DNA of 64,000 nt from a virus (Duplodnaviria; Caudoviricetes): positions 1-64,000 of IMG/VR virus record IMGVR_UViG_3300017791_000207; one strand, 5' to 3'. A program made the translations under genes and the position numbers. Of the stretch, positions 33,570 to 43,827 are shown in pieces. Under the pieces are notes generated by a model that searched no databases, had not been told where the DNA came from, and saw only the letters and a program-made list of their open reading frames with translations. The first letter of the stretch is position 1; every line of letters begins with the position of its first letter.

Positions 33570-34226
33570 TTAAAAAGGAAGTGAATCCTCTTCTTGTTGA
33601 GGGACACTCGCAGGTGCAGCGTTTGAACCTGCGCCTACCCATTTAAGACGTTCTACTTCTTTTGCTAATACTTCCAAGAGATAATCATTTTTCTTCTCTA
33701 AATCGGCTAAGGAGGCTTTCTTTTTGGTTTTGTCGAGCTTATCTTGAACCCATTTTACAGCGGGTACGTCACCATCAACAAATACTCCATCTTTGTAATA
33801 AGCATTGGTAAGACCTTTTACTTTCTCGCCATTTACACTTACTGTAATACCTGATTTATCATATTTGCTGCCTTCAGGTAAAAAGCGGTACGGAGCAATC
33901 TTAATTGCATCACCTTTGTTAAGCTCAGGTAAAACCTTAATAAGCTGTTCGGTATTACTATCTACATTTCCTTTTTGATCGGCAATACCAAAGTTAAGGT
34001 AAATACCTTCATCAAGTGCAATAGATAATTGTCTACCAAAGTTACTTTCACGAACAGAAACATTGTTTAGTGTTCCTTCAACTCCATACTTATAATACTT
34101 ACGATAAGACTCTTTTCCTGTTGAGGAAACATTTTTTTCAAACCCTTCTTTAGGAGTACTACTAAATTCGAACAGATTACTAGACTTATAATCCAAACTG
34201 AGGTAGGTTTTTACGCCTTCTGACAT
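33570..34226 (-). CDS. Putative single-stranded DNA-binding protein
   Basis: Beta-rich body, flexible linker and acidic tail EEDSLPF; replication context. Confidence 0.6.
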   Translation of the reverse strand: MSEGVKTYLSLDYKSSNLFEFSSTPKEGFEKNVSSTGKESYRKYYKYGVEGTLNNVSVRESNFGRQLSIALDEGIYLNFGIADQKGNVDSNTEQLIKVLPELNKGDAIKIAPYRFLPEGSKYDKSGITVSVNGEKVKGLTNAYYKDGVFVDGDVPAVKWVQDKLDKTKKKASLADLEKKNDYLLEVLAKEVERLKWVGAGSNAAPASVPQQEEDSLPF

Positions 34227-34308
34227 ATTTATTTAACCTTTTATAGAGGGTTATCTCTTGGTTGTGACCTTAATTAGGGTCGATTTATAATACTGTAAAG
34301 ATAAGTAA

Positions 34309-34839
34309 TTATTCTGAATCTACCAAATTTTTACCTAAATTTATTTCATTTAAATTAGGTGGAATATCTCGTGCATATACTTCATCTAATCCTATCCTAA
34401 GGTGAAGTCTTCGAAGTGCTGAGTACATAACATTCATTTCTGCCTGATTATTCTTCGTAAAACCATATTGTTCTCCGACATTGCCTTTATAAGGAAAATG
34501 GACACAACGGGCTTTCTTTTTCTCATTGATGTATATTAATCCCCAACCTTCGGGCAACTCTTCTTTCTTGATAAGGTCTTTCGGACAAATGTAAAATCTC
34601 TGCTTACCCATACCTTCCTCAGGTTTAATTCTAAATGGTTTCTTCTTATCACAGAGAAAATCAGAACGAGAAACTTTTACTTCAATTAACACCGAATGAC
34701 CCCATGAACCAAAACCTATTACATCAGGTATTTCTCTATTAATACTTACCAATTCCTTAAATCCTATACCAACTGAGGTATTTTTCATCATCCACCGATA
34801 AGCTATTTCTACACCTTCTTTATGGGTTATTGGTATCAT
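34309..34839 (-). CDS. PD-(D/E)xK nuclease-fold protein
   Basis: EIPDVIGF, LIEVKVSRSDF, ELP.GWGL. Confidence 0.7.
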   Translation of the reverse strand: MIPITHKEGVEIAYRWMMKNTSVGIGFKELVSINREIPDVIGFGSWGHSVLIEVKVSRSDFLCDKKKPFRIKPEEGMGKQRFYICPKDLIKKEELPEGWGLIYINEKKKARCVHFPYKGNVGEQYGFTKNNQAEMNVMYSALRRLHLRIGLDEVYARDIPPNLNEINLGKNLVDSE

Positions 34840-35015
34840 CTTAAAATTTTAATTTGTTGTAGATATAAATTAATTTTCTCTAGTACTTCTTCTTGTGTGT
34901 CTCCTTCATCAACTACAGCAGGAAAATCAGTTATCCATGCAGTATATCCTCCTTTAGGATCTTCCACAAAAGTCAAGTCTTTTAGTTCTACTTTGTTGGG
35001 ATAGTTTGTTATCAT
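34836..35015 (-). CDS. 59-aa HicB-like antitoxin-domain protein (absent from ORF track)
   Basis: FVEDPKGGYTAWITDFPAVVDEGDTQEEVLEKI matches the HicB N-terminal pattern; ATGA overlaps with both neighbours. Confidence 0.65.
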   Translation of the reverse strand: MITNYPNKVELKDLTFVEDPKGGYTAWITDFPAVVDEGDTQEEVLEKINLYLQQIKILR

Positions 35016-35704
35016 TCTATAATAGGTTTACCTTGTAATCGGAGGAATAAATTTACCGTACTATACATATCTGCTTCCAAATAAGTCTTGATTCTTTCTA
35101 TACCATTAGTATGATATTCGTTGGAAACCTCTGAACCTTTTACACCTGTATTCTTAGGTGATTTAATTTGGTATAAATAACAAGCTTCATCAAGGCTCAT
35201 GCGTGAATATCCTGTTCCCTGAATTATTTTGAGTAGGTCGGGGCTTTTTTCATCTTGAATCCATGGCTTTGACATACAATCATTGATAAATTCAGGACAT
35301 TGGATATTGTAAGTTGAGGCTCTAACACGAATTGTAGGTAAGTCGAAGCCCGTAGAATTAAAACCACAGACAAGGCGTTTACTATCAGTAATAATTTTGT
35401 ATGCCTCCGTAAGGATATCTTTCTCGTCACCTGTAAGTATCTTGGTGGTTATCTGATTATCCTTAACATAGGAAATACCAAAGGCCACAATCATGTTGTA
35501 CACTGGTGATAAAGCCGCTGTCTTCTTATATATCTCTTGTGTTTCCTTAACAGTTGGTAATTTTTCTGTTTCTCTATCACGATGTTTATACTGAAAAATC
35601 TTGAACAACTCACTTTTAGGGTCTAGTTCAGGAAGTTGTGATGCAGTTTCAATATCAATAAAAAGTAACTTGTTAATATCAAGTTCTCTAACGAATTTGT
35701 TCAT
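35012..35704 (-). CDS. DEDD 3'-5' exonuclease (PolB-exo/DnaQ-like)
   Basis: FIDIET, GFNSTGFDLP, YLEAD. Confidence 0.85.
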   Translation of the reverse strand: MNKFVRELDINKLLFIDIETASQLPELDPKSELFKIFQYKHRDRETEKLPTVKETQEIYKKTAALSPVYNMIVAFGISYVKDNQITTKILTGDEKDILTEAYKIITDSKRLVCGFNSTGFDLPTIRVRASTYNIQCPEFINDCMSKPWIQDEKSPDLLKIIQGTGYSRMSLDEACYLYQIKSPKNTGVKGSEVSNEYHTNGIERIKTYLEADMYSTVNLFLRLQGKPIIE

Positions 35705-37229
35705 TTATGATTTTTTAGTTTGTTCTAGTTCAATAATTTCTGATACAGTTAAATCTGTCCAATCATCTTCACCATCCAATACAGTATAATCAAATGGATT
35801 AAATCCACTATCTCTCTGACTGTTGACATATTTTGGATCATCGGTTACCATTTCTAAATGTTCAGGTTTAATAACACTGTATATTTCAGAATATTTACCA
35901 AGTACTTCACCAAAATATACTTCTAATCCTGAATTTAGGAGCCATTCTACATCTGTTTTCTTAGCTGTAAACACACCTTCTAAACTTCCCATTCGGCCAC
36001 AGTCAATTTCAAAGTTATAAATTGCCTCCTCTCTTTCACCTGTATAATAGGTGTATTCTTCTAAAGCTTTAGATATAATTTGTACTTCTTCTTTGTTGAA
36101 ATATTCGGAGTCTTCTAAAACTTGTCTTGTTAAATCTATTAAAGATTCATTTAACTTATTTGCTTTCATTGTTTTAATTTAAAAGTCCTTCAATATCCAT
36201 CAAATACTCTTTAAGATGGTGTTCTACTTCGGCTTGCTGTTTTTCACTTAAATCTGATGTATCATAACTCCATCCAACAATCTTAATATAAGAAGTATCA
36301 GAGGTTATTTTTTGATCACCATATTCTTCAATAGTATGATCTTTGATGATACGTGTCTCGAATTTAACATCAACTTCATAAGATTGATATTTACCATCTT
36401 TAATTTGAATAATCATTTCAATAATATTTTAAGTAATAATCTACCAATAAGAAAGTATAGTGGCATTGAACAGAGTATAATACCAAATATTAAATGTGCC
36501 ATACTTTTATGATTTTTATCTTCTTCTTTGTTGGTGAATACTTTTTTCTAATTTCTTGTAGTATGTAATGTTTAGCACTTCGTAAAGCTCTTACCTTATT
36601 TCCATGATAATCTTTATAATAATTAACTTGGAATATCTTTACATTTTTATCTTTGTAAGTAACCAAATAGTGTGGAAAAAATTGTTCATCAAAATTATGA
36701 CACCAATAAATCTTATAGTCTCTATGTACTTTACGGAGAAGTTTACACTTTAACCTACTCTTTTTCAATTTTCTTTCCTCGATAATATGAGGAAGTGATA
36801 ATACAAACCCAACAATCATCATGCCAATAAAGAAGAGTATATAAGCTGTATCTATGTCCTTCATAGTTCATCCTCCTCTTCCCAATCAAAGTCATTTTGG
36901 CATAACTCACGATAAGCAATACAATCTTTTTCTAATTCTCTGAGTTGTTCTAAATTAATTTCTTTCATGTCTATCTATAATTTAATTGATTCAACAGCTG
37001 ATTCTCTAAGTTCAAAAATAACAAATTCATAATCATTTTCTATATCAGTTATATCAATTCGCAAATTTTCTTTGATTGCTCTAAGAGGTTTAACTAACCA
37101 AGAACTTTTCCTCTTATAACCTAATGACAGGTATTCTCCTGTTTTCTTATGTCTGATACGCCAAACTTTATTGTTCATATTTTTATTGTAAAGGTAAGTA
37201 ATATAATCTTAACGGACAAATGTATTCTC

Positions 37230-38348
37230 TTAATGATAAGTTAAATATGAGTCATCCATTTTTGTTGTTGAATTTCTCAAAAATCTCTCATCGACAGTAT
37301 CTCTAAATACAAATATGAAAACTTGCGGAGAATTATGTCTGAGGCATCGGCCAACCTGTTGCGTAAAATCTTTTTCTTGATTATTGAGCTGAGTAATAAT
37401 ACCATATCTACAATTAGAGAGGTTGATACCTTCCTTAAGCATTGATTTACAATATATTTTATCTACTTCTTGATTATTAAACTTCTCGACGATTTCAGCA
37501 TTTTCTTTCTTGGTTTTTTCTGCTGAAGCGACTTTTTTACCACCTAATTTATTTGCCTGTTTAACAGAAGAACAGAATACAATCATCCGTTCACCTTCCA
37601 AAGAATCAATCAATTCAGATACTTTTTGAGTTTTTAATTCACCAAGGAATCTACTACGTGTACTACCTTCGGAAAGCATTTTTAGTTTTTGAAATTGTTT
37701 ACCCTCATCTTCATAAAGATCCTTCCAATAGGTGATAGAATCTGATATTCTTTGATAATATCCTGCATCCGTACACTTTACCTCTCTTTTGCCATATTTA
37801 AAGGTATTTCTAACAACCTTGTCATCTAATTCCAAGTAAATAATATGAACTTCTGGTTGAGGCACTAATCCTCTTTCGATAGCCTCTGTAATATCAATGG
37901 TGAATTTATCAAACTTCCTAACCTTATTAAGGATTTCTTCAACTTCATCATTAACCGTAGCTGACAATCCTATAATAACAGGAGCTTTAATGGTTAGTAA
38001 TGATTCAATCCGAATATCACTTTTGGCTCTATGACACTCATCTAAAATAACCCAATCGTATTCTTCATTTTCAAACTTAGACAAAGATGCATAGCAAGCT
38101 ATTGTACTTTCCTCTACAAGGTCATTAAATCCATGCTTGATAGCGTCGTCTCTAAAGTTCTTGATGAGGGCTATTTCAGGCACTAAAATCAATCCTTTCT
38201 TACCTATGTTTTTATGCCTTATTATATTTAAAGAGTTATACGTCTTCCCAACGCCAGTTATAAGAGATAATAGGATATTATTTTTACTATCTTGCCATTT
38301 GATAATTTCCTTACTGAGGATTATTCGAGCCTCTTGTTGATTGTTCAT
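37230..38348 (-). CDS. SF2 helicase (DExH)
   Basis: TGVGKT, LDECH, LSAT, EGIN, QQVGRCLR. Confidence 0.88.
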   Translation of the reverse strand: MNNQQEARIILSKEIIKWQDSKNNILLSLITGVGKTYNSLNIIRHKNIGKKGLILVPEIALIKNFRDDAIKHGFNDLVEESTIACYASLSKFENEEYDWVILDECHRAKSDIRIESLLTIKAPVIIGLSATVNDEVEEILNKVRKFDKFTIDITEAIERGLVPQPEVHIIYLELDDKVVRNTFKYGKREVKCTDAGYYQRISDSITYWKDLYEDEGKQFQKLKMLSEGSTRSRFLGELKTQKVSELIDSLEGERMIVFCSSVKQANKLGGKKVASAEKTKKENAEIVEKFNNQEVDKIYCKSMLKEGINLSNCRYGIITQLNNQEKDFTQQVGRCLRHNSPQVFIFVFRDTVDERFLRNSTTKMDDSYLTYH

Positions 38349-38538
38349 CTTTAATTTAATGGTGTTGGTGAATTAAATACGGTATATCCATCTTCTGAAA
38401 ACTCTTTACTTACTCCTTTAGTCACAACCCAAACTCTCCAAAGTGAATCAATCATTTCTTCTCCGCATTTTGTTCTATTACCTTCTTGGTTAGCATACCA
38501 AAAATCTTCATTTTCCTTCTGACCAAATGAGTATATTT

Positions 38539-38919
38539 TCATTTCTTCTTATTTTTATCAAGTGAATTTAATAATTTTCGAGCTGCTATGATACGTGCAT
38601 TCCACTGTCGGACTAAATCATTGTATTTATTGACGAGATTTTGGTATTTGATTTCATCTTCTTCAAGAATTTTTTGTAGTCGTTCATTTTCATCTCTTCT
38701 CTCCCAACTCATTCTCCAAAGATTATTAATGGTAGATAAACTATCATTGGGTGCAATACAACCCACTGGAATATTATTTCTCAGATATCTTTCAGCCTCA
38801 GTAAGTGGATCTTGAACATAATAAGTAGAATCAGAAAAGCTTAGATAAGGTTGATACACCTGAGCCTTAGAAGTTAGTGATAGAAATATAGTTGTTAGTA
38901 TTATTAGTGTTACTTTCAT
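38539..38919 (-). CDS. Secreted/periplasmic protein with signal peptide and coiled coil
   Basis: MKVTLIILTTIFLSLTSKA/Q. Confidence 0.55.
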   Translation of the reverse strand: MKVTLIILTTIFLSLTSKAQVYQPYLSFSDSTYYVQDPLTEAERYLRNNIPVGCIAPNDSLSTINNLWRMSWERRDENERLQKILEEDEIKYQNLVNKYNDLVRQWNARIIAARKLLNSLDKNKKK

Positions 38920-38934
38920 TTTAATAAGTTTTGA

Positions 38935-39606
38935 TTAGTGTAAGGATTTTTTATTTTTACTTGGATTCATAGGATTCAAACTTCGTCCTGGATCACCAAG
39001 GTCTTTTGTTTCCTCTTTATATCTTTTCCTATTCTTGATCCTCGATATAGATGCTAAAGAAAGTCCATACTTTTTAGATATTACTTCAAACTCTTCAGTT
39101 GATAAAAATATTTCTTTAACTTGCTCTTTTGTAACATTTGATTTTGTCGCATTTGAACCTTTACCATTATAATTTTCTTGTGAAAATGCTTCTTCAATAG
39201 TTAATTTTAATTTAAGTAATCTTGCAGAAACTTTCTTAAAAGACAAATTTAATTCTTCACACCATTGAGTAAGCGTTTGTGTTTTATCTTTATAAGTGAT
39301 AATATGATTATTCGTCTTATTATTAGCTTGTTCCTTATCGTTTGCCCACCTTATGTTGCCTTCTTCGTAATTTCCCCATGCATTTATCCTATCTACAGAC
39401 TTTTTATCTTGAGGTTTTGGTCCAATACACTTCATAAAATTATTAAATCCCTCACCCTTAGGTAAAAGAAAGGAAGGTTGGATGGTAATTCCTTTAAATC
39501 CATAATTATGATAGTCTTTGTTATTAGGATTTAAACATCTTGACTTCATATGATGGTAACATCTATATTCCTTTGGATAATCTCTACCTCTGTACTCAAA
39601 TTCCAT
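38935..39606 (-). CDS. Free-standing HNH endonuclease with C-terminal HTH
   Basis: EY..MKSRC, YG.KGI, SVDRIN..GNYE.GNIRWA..EQANN; ISKKYGLSLASISRI. Confidence 0.8.
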   Translation of the reverse strand: MEFEYRGRDYPKEYRCYHHMKSRCLNPNNKDYHNYGFKGITIQPSFLLPKGEGFNNFMKCIGPKPQDKKSVDRINAWGNYEEGNIRWANDKEQANNKTNNHIITYKDKTQTLTQWCEELNLSFKKVSARLLKLKLTIEEAFSQENYNGKGSNATKSNVTKEQVKEIFLSTEEFEVISKKYGLSLASISRIKNRKRYKEETKDLGDPGRSLNPMNPSKNKKSLH

Positions 39607-39617
39607 AAATTATAAAA

Positions 39618-39713
39618 CCCTCAATTAAAGTATGGAGTACGAGTCCATACAATAAAAGAGGGGTAAAAAGTTATTAGTTGACATCTCGTACATGTCTATA
39701 AAAGACAAAGGTA
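39618..39713 (-). promoter_or_regulatory. Promoter plus structured 5' leader with two hairpins bearing complementary loops
   Basis: TACCTTTG at 39706-39713; GACAT-gtacgag-ATGTC and GTATGGA-ctcgtac-TCCATAC. Confidence 0.65.
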
Positions 39714-39738
39714 AGATAAGTTTTTGACATTTCCAAAT

Positions 39739-40860
39739 TTATTTTAGTTTTGGTGGTTCTATTAAAGGCTTAGGTAATTGATTTAGTTCAAAGAAATAAC
39801 TACCATTCTTAATTTTATAAGCAATATCCTGATCGAATTCAATAGGCTTAGGCAAAGTTCTAAACATGGAACAAAATGGATAAAATCCAAGTCCAACTGA
39901 AATACCATCAGAATTGAAGGAATTCTTTAGAATATGAACAGACCTATAATATTTCACTCCTTTATCATCCCTCAACCAAGATAACTCATAACCTAAAGAT
40001 TCAGATTTATCATTCATATGTCGGAATGGATCAAAAAGGGCTAATACTACATCTGCATCTTGAATAGTACCTGAACTATCCTGAAAATCACTTAATTTAG
40101 GTTGAAGATCACCAAGTTTTATTCTATCTGAACCTGAAATAGACCGATTCATCTGTTGTAAGATTACAGGACTCCATCCGTAAGTATCACGAGCAGTACG
40201 CATAATACTTGAAAATTTATCTATTTCTTGTTTCTTATTGGAGGTAGCTAAAAGGCCAATATGATCTGTAAGGATTAAAACCACGTGATTGGGGTGATTG
40301 GGTGTATATACTTCTCTTTCAATCACTCCTTCGGCATCATTTATTTTTTCAATTTTTCCATGCTTTTCAGCAAAACTTCGCAAATACTCTCCAATCTTAT
40401 CAGCTTTAATAACACCCTCATAACAGGTAAGCATTGGATCTATTTCATCAAAAATATACTTATACTCACCAATTAAATTAAGCTCCTTATCATCAAGCTT
40501 AGAACCTATACCAAGTATTCTTTCAACGGGTATTAATATTCCACGATCTGCAAATATTAACCTGCTCAACCATCTTGCAGTAGAACGATATTGTTTACGT
40601 TCCATACCAAAGTAGATAATTGAAATTTTTATCTTGGCTGTATCCTTATTTTTAAGATACCACAATAAAGGATGTAAAATAAATACTTCTGTGGAAAAAC
40701 TCGTCTTAGAACTGCCTGATTCTCCTCCGATTACATATGTAGTATTCTTTGCTATATTCAAGAAATAACTTAACCTTTCGAGAGGAAATGGTATAACTCC
40801 ATTTTCACCGCTCAAACCCTTCTTTATCTCAACTTTTAAATCCTCAAATATTTGACTCAT
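39739..40860 (-). CDS. DnaB-like replicative helicase
   Basis: GGESGSSKT, YFGME, LTDHIGL, QQMNR, DFQDSSG.IQDAD, LKN. Confidence 0.8.
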   Translation of the reverse strand: MSQIFEDLKVEIKKGLSGENGVIPFPLERLSYFLNIAKNTTYVIGGESGSSKTSFSTEVFILHPLLWYLKNKDTAKIKISIIYFGMERKQYRSTARWLSRLIFADRGILIPVERILGIGSKLDDKELNLIGEYKYIFDEIDPMLTCYEGVIKADKIGEYLRSFAEKHGKIEKINDAEGVIEREVYTPNHPNHVVLILTDHIGLLATSNKKQEIDKFSSIMRTARDTYGWSPVILQQMNRSISGSDRIKLGDLQPKLSDFQDSSGTIQDADVVLALFDPFRHMNDKSESLGYELSWLRDDKGVKYYRSVHILKNSFNSDGISVGLGFYPFCSMFRTLPKPIEFDQDIAYKIKNGSYFFELNQLPKPLIEPPKLK

Positions 40861-41474
40861 TAAATTACGATTTCACTGTTAAAATTTTCTTTCTTTTGCT
40901 GTCCTAATAAAGGAACATATCTCTTCCAAACCCCTTGATTCAAATACGTCAGTGAATTATTGAAAAAACTAAGCTCGTTCCTACCACTAATTAAGGATTT
41001 CTCCATATAAGTTTCTACTGATATTCTCAAAAGCTCTAACATGGTTTCATGAGGAATTTCCCTGAGTGTTTCTAAGTATTTTACCTCGCACTTATCTTTG
41101 TCTTTCTTAAGACTTCGAGTACCCTTGAAAGTTTGATCCTTATAGGTGAATATATCTGAACTTGGAAAACTATCATACCATTCTATAAACTGAGAATTAT
41201 ACACTTTATTGTCTTTTTTTGGAATAGGTTCTTTCGGTACATACACGCCATTCCAATTATCATATTCCTGGATAAGTTCTCTACCTCTTTCCGTAAGTTC
41301 TTCGCTCCACACATACCCTAAATTCTGTAAATCAGTTTTAAACTTATGTTTAGAGGGTAAATACTGTTGATTATCTTCTTGGTAGTATCTTAGAAACTCA
41401 ATATGAGAAAGAGTAAGTTTAAGGCTATGAAGATATAATACTAAACTAAGATCTATTTGCTTGGATTGTACCAT
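40860..41474 (-). CDS. Hypothetical replication-associated protein
   Basis: Coupled to the helicase; F.EW...FP and TYLNQ..W motifs reminiscent of phage replication initiators. Confidence 0.4.
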   Translation of the reverse strand: MVQSKQIDLSLVLYLHSLKLTLSHIEFLRYYQEDNQQYLPSKHKFKTDLQNLGYVWSEELTERGRELIQEYDNWNGVYVPKEPIPKKDNKVYNSQFIEWYDSFPSSDIFTYKDQTFKGTRSLKKDKDKCEVKYLETLREIPHETMLELLRISVETYMEKSLISGRNELSFFNNSLTYLNQGVWKRYVPLLGQQKKENFNSEIVI

Positions 41475-42159
41475 AATTTGATTGATTTATTTCTGCGTGT
41501 ACCGTATTCTTTATAACTTTCTAATATGATTAGAAGTAGCCTTTCATGACATTTTTTATAAGCTTCTTCTTTGGAAACATCTTTTGATATATCTACCTTA
41601 TGGAGGTAAAAGTCATCTATTTCTGTGTGGCATACTATTTCCACACAATTTCTGACAGGAAAGTATTCAATAGAATACCTCTTTCTTACTTTTCTTAATA
41701 GTTTAGTTTTCATTACTTTAAAATTTTACTGACAAGCAGAAATAAAAATATAATTACAAAAGTTGCAATTACAAGTGCAATAGGAATCCATAGAGGACTC
41801 AACACCCAAAGCCAAGACCAACTAATTAAGTGGGCTAATTTTAATGTTATAAAATACTACTAATAATACAGTACATAAACTTGTACCACCTTTATATTCT
41901 GTGTTTGTTGCCATCTTTTTGTTTATTTATAAATATATTTAGTTTTTCTACAACTTCGTGATATGCAGAATGTTCTTTAGGTTTGTGACCATAAGTTACT
42001 ATTTTGTATTTCTTACGTAATGGAGAGTGTAAAATTTCATAGGAACATGTTTTCTGATAATTATAAGCATCTCCCATTTCATCCCACCCTTGAATATCCC
42101 ATTCAGCTTTGTCAAACCATACAGGATACCAATCATTAGGTTTAAGTAAATTGCACATA

Positions 42160-42594
42160 TTAATCAATCATAAAATAATCATTAACAATATCAGGATATT
42201 TCTCTATCACTAAATCAACTATTTCACTACTCTTAAAGCACACGCCCGAAGGATAACCCGCACCGACCTGACCGTAGCAGCCGATGACAACCCACCGAGA
42301 ACCAGACCAGTATTTTTTAAGGATATACTTATATTGAGAACCATTCTTAAAGTCAGCTACCCAATCACCATTGTAATATTTGGCAATATGAAATAGTTGC
42401 ATCTGAGCATTTAACTGTCTTTCCCACTTATCAGTTGTATTTGATGGATATGGAAGTTTAATACTTTCTATGTTTGGTGAATTGAATGTATCTTTACCAT
42501 AAGCCGTTTCAAACATTATTTGCATGGCTCTTGGACTTTCACCATAATATTTGATAGCATCTTCTTTACTGATTTCTAATTTTTTGTTTTCCAT
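42160..42594 (-). CDS. Paralogue of the DGR target protein (second, remote target)
   Basis: Shares LPY, NA, NG, WVV, PSGVCFKSS, P(D/E)I..DY.MI with ORF 57752..58303. Confidence 0.8.
   Translation of the reverse strand: MENKKLEISKEDAIKYYGESPRAMQIMFETAYGKDTFNSPNIESIKLPYPSNTTDKWERQLNAQMQLFHIAKYYNGDWVADFKNGSQYKYILKKYWSGSRWVVIGCYGQVGAGYPSGVCFKSSEIVDLVIEKYPDIVNDYFMID
42236..42307 (-). repeat. VR2: diverged DGR variable-repeat-like segment
   Basis: Locally GC-rich run of NNC/NNT codons; 15-nt identity with VR1 (42239-42253 = 57834-57848); aligns to TR with many A-site changes but also non-A changes and indels. Confidence 0.7.
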
Positions 42595-43327
42595 TTTATT
42601 GATTAGTTTTAATTTATTTCAATTTCTATTCTTGCAAATTTACCAAGGTTGTCATCTAATTCTCTTTGAATATTATGACCTCCTACCGTAAGATTACTAT
42701 TATAATCTGTACCTGATGTATATTCAGAATATGAATAATGATCTGCTTCCCTTGATGCATCTATATGACCACTCAATTGTTTGAGCATTTCTTCAGATAA
42801 TTCTTGCTTTGAAAGAGGTTTGTATGTGATCCAATATCTTATTGTAAGTGTTTTATCAGGAAAACTATTTTCAACTTCTTGAAAACGAGAAATCAAATCT
42901 TGTTTTAATCCGTCAGGTTGTTTCAAACAAGTCGAACTCCAATTCCCCCAATCCATCCAATCAATTATACCTTCTAATACTATTATTTTCTTTTCCATAA
43001 TTAATCTATCATTTTTCTCCATGATTTTTGAAGTTGCCATATAAATACACAAGCAAAGGCAGTACAACCTATTATTAAGGTTATAGCTACAGCGGGGTTT
43101 AATTGTTGAAGTTGTTGTATCATAAATAATGTATTTCTTTATATTGTGTATAACGTTCTTTAGCTTCTTCTATGGTTTTATAAGTCGAATAATCTTGACC
43201 AAAACTATACCACCAATAATTTGTAGTTTTATCAAGAAAAATCCATCCTAATAGGAATCCAAATTTCCTGATCCTATAACCATTATACACACGAATGATA
43301 TGTGTCCTAAAATATTTTCTCATATTA

Positions 43328-43335
43328 CAAAGGTA
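43328..43335 (-). promoter_or_regulatory. Bacteroidota -7 promoter box (representative; also 43798, 32479, 28256, 25831, 22903, 33509, 39706, 44549; TAnnTTCG variants at 17358 and 47719)
   Basis: TAnnTTTG recurs in intergenic gaps just upstream of co-oriented genes. Confidence 0.7.
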
Positions 43336-43369
43336 AGATTAAAATGTGTTTATTGATTGTTAAATTTTG

Positions 43370-43495
43370 TTTTTATATTGAGTTTGTTTAAATTGTAAAA
43401 ACTTCTCTTTACCACCTTCTTCATATGCTTTAATTGCTTTTTGATAAGCATTAGCAGCTTCTTCTGTTTTATAGGTACCTATGTAATTAGGCTTA
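43370..43495 (-). pseudogene. AP2-like DNA-binding domain remnant (probable decayed endonuclease)
   Basis: Translates PNYIGTYKTEEAANAYQKA immediately after an in-frame stop. Confidence 0.4.
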
Positions 43496-43827
43496 TTTTA
43501 TATACTGATGTACTATATTGAATTCTTGTTTCATACTATTTTAAAATTAGATTTATTTTCAGCTTATTTCCTATCATTACAATGTGCCCTTCTGAATACT
43601 CCTTATAAGCCTCATTTATTTTAGATAAAATTAGCTCCCATTTTTGCTGAGGATTATTAGAAAGAACTTCATAATTCAAAATCAATTCACCTTGAATGTG
43701 TGTTCGTTCATGAACGAACCTTATACCTTCAATATCTTTAAAAATTACTCCTAAAATGTATTTGATAGTTCTATTTGATTCAAATGTTTTCATATTACAA
43801 AGGTAAATGTTTATTTTGATTAAGTTG

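Noticed and set aside
34822-35004. 60-aa + strand ORF and the many other short antisense ORFs in the track
   Set aside because: They overlap well-supported genes on the opposite strand (here the HicB-like ORF) and have no motifs.
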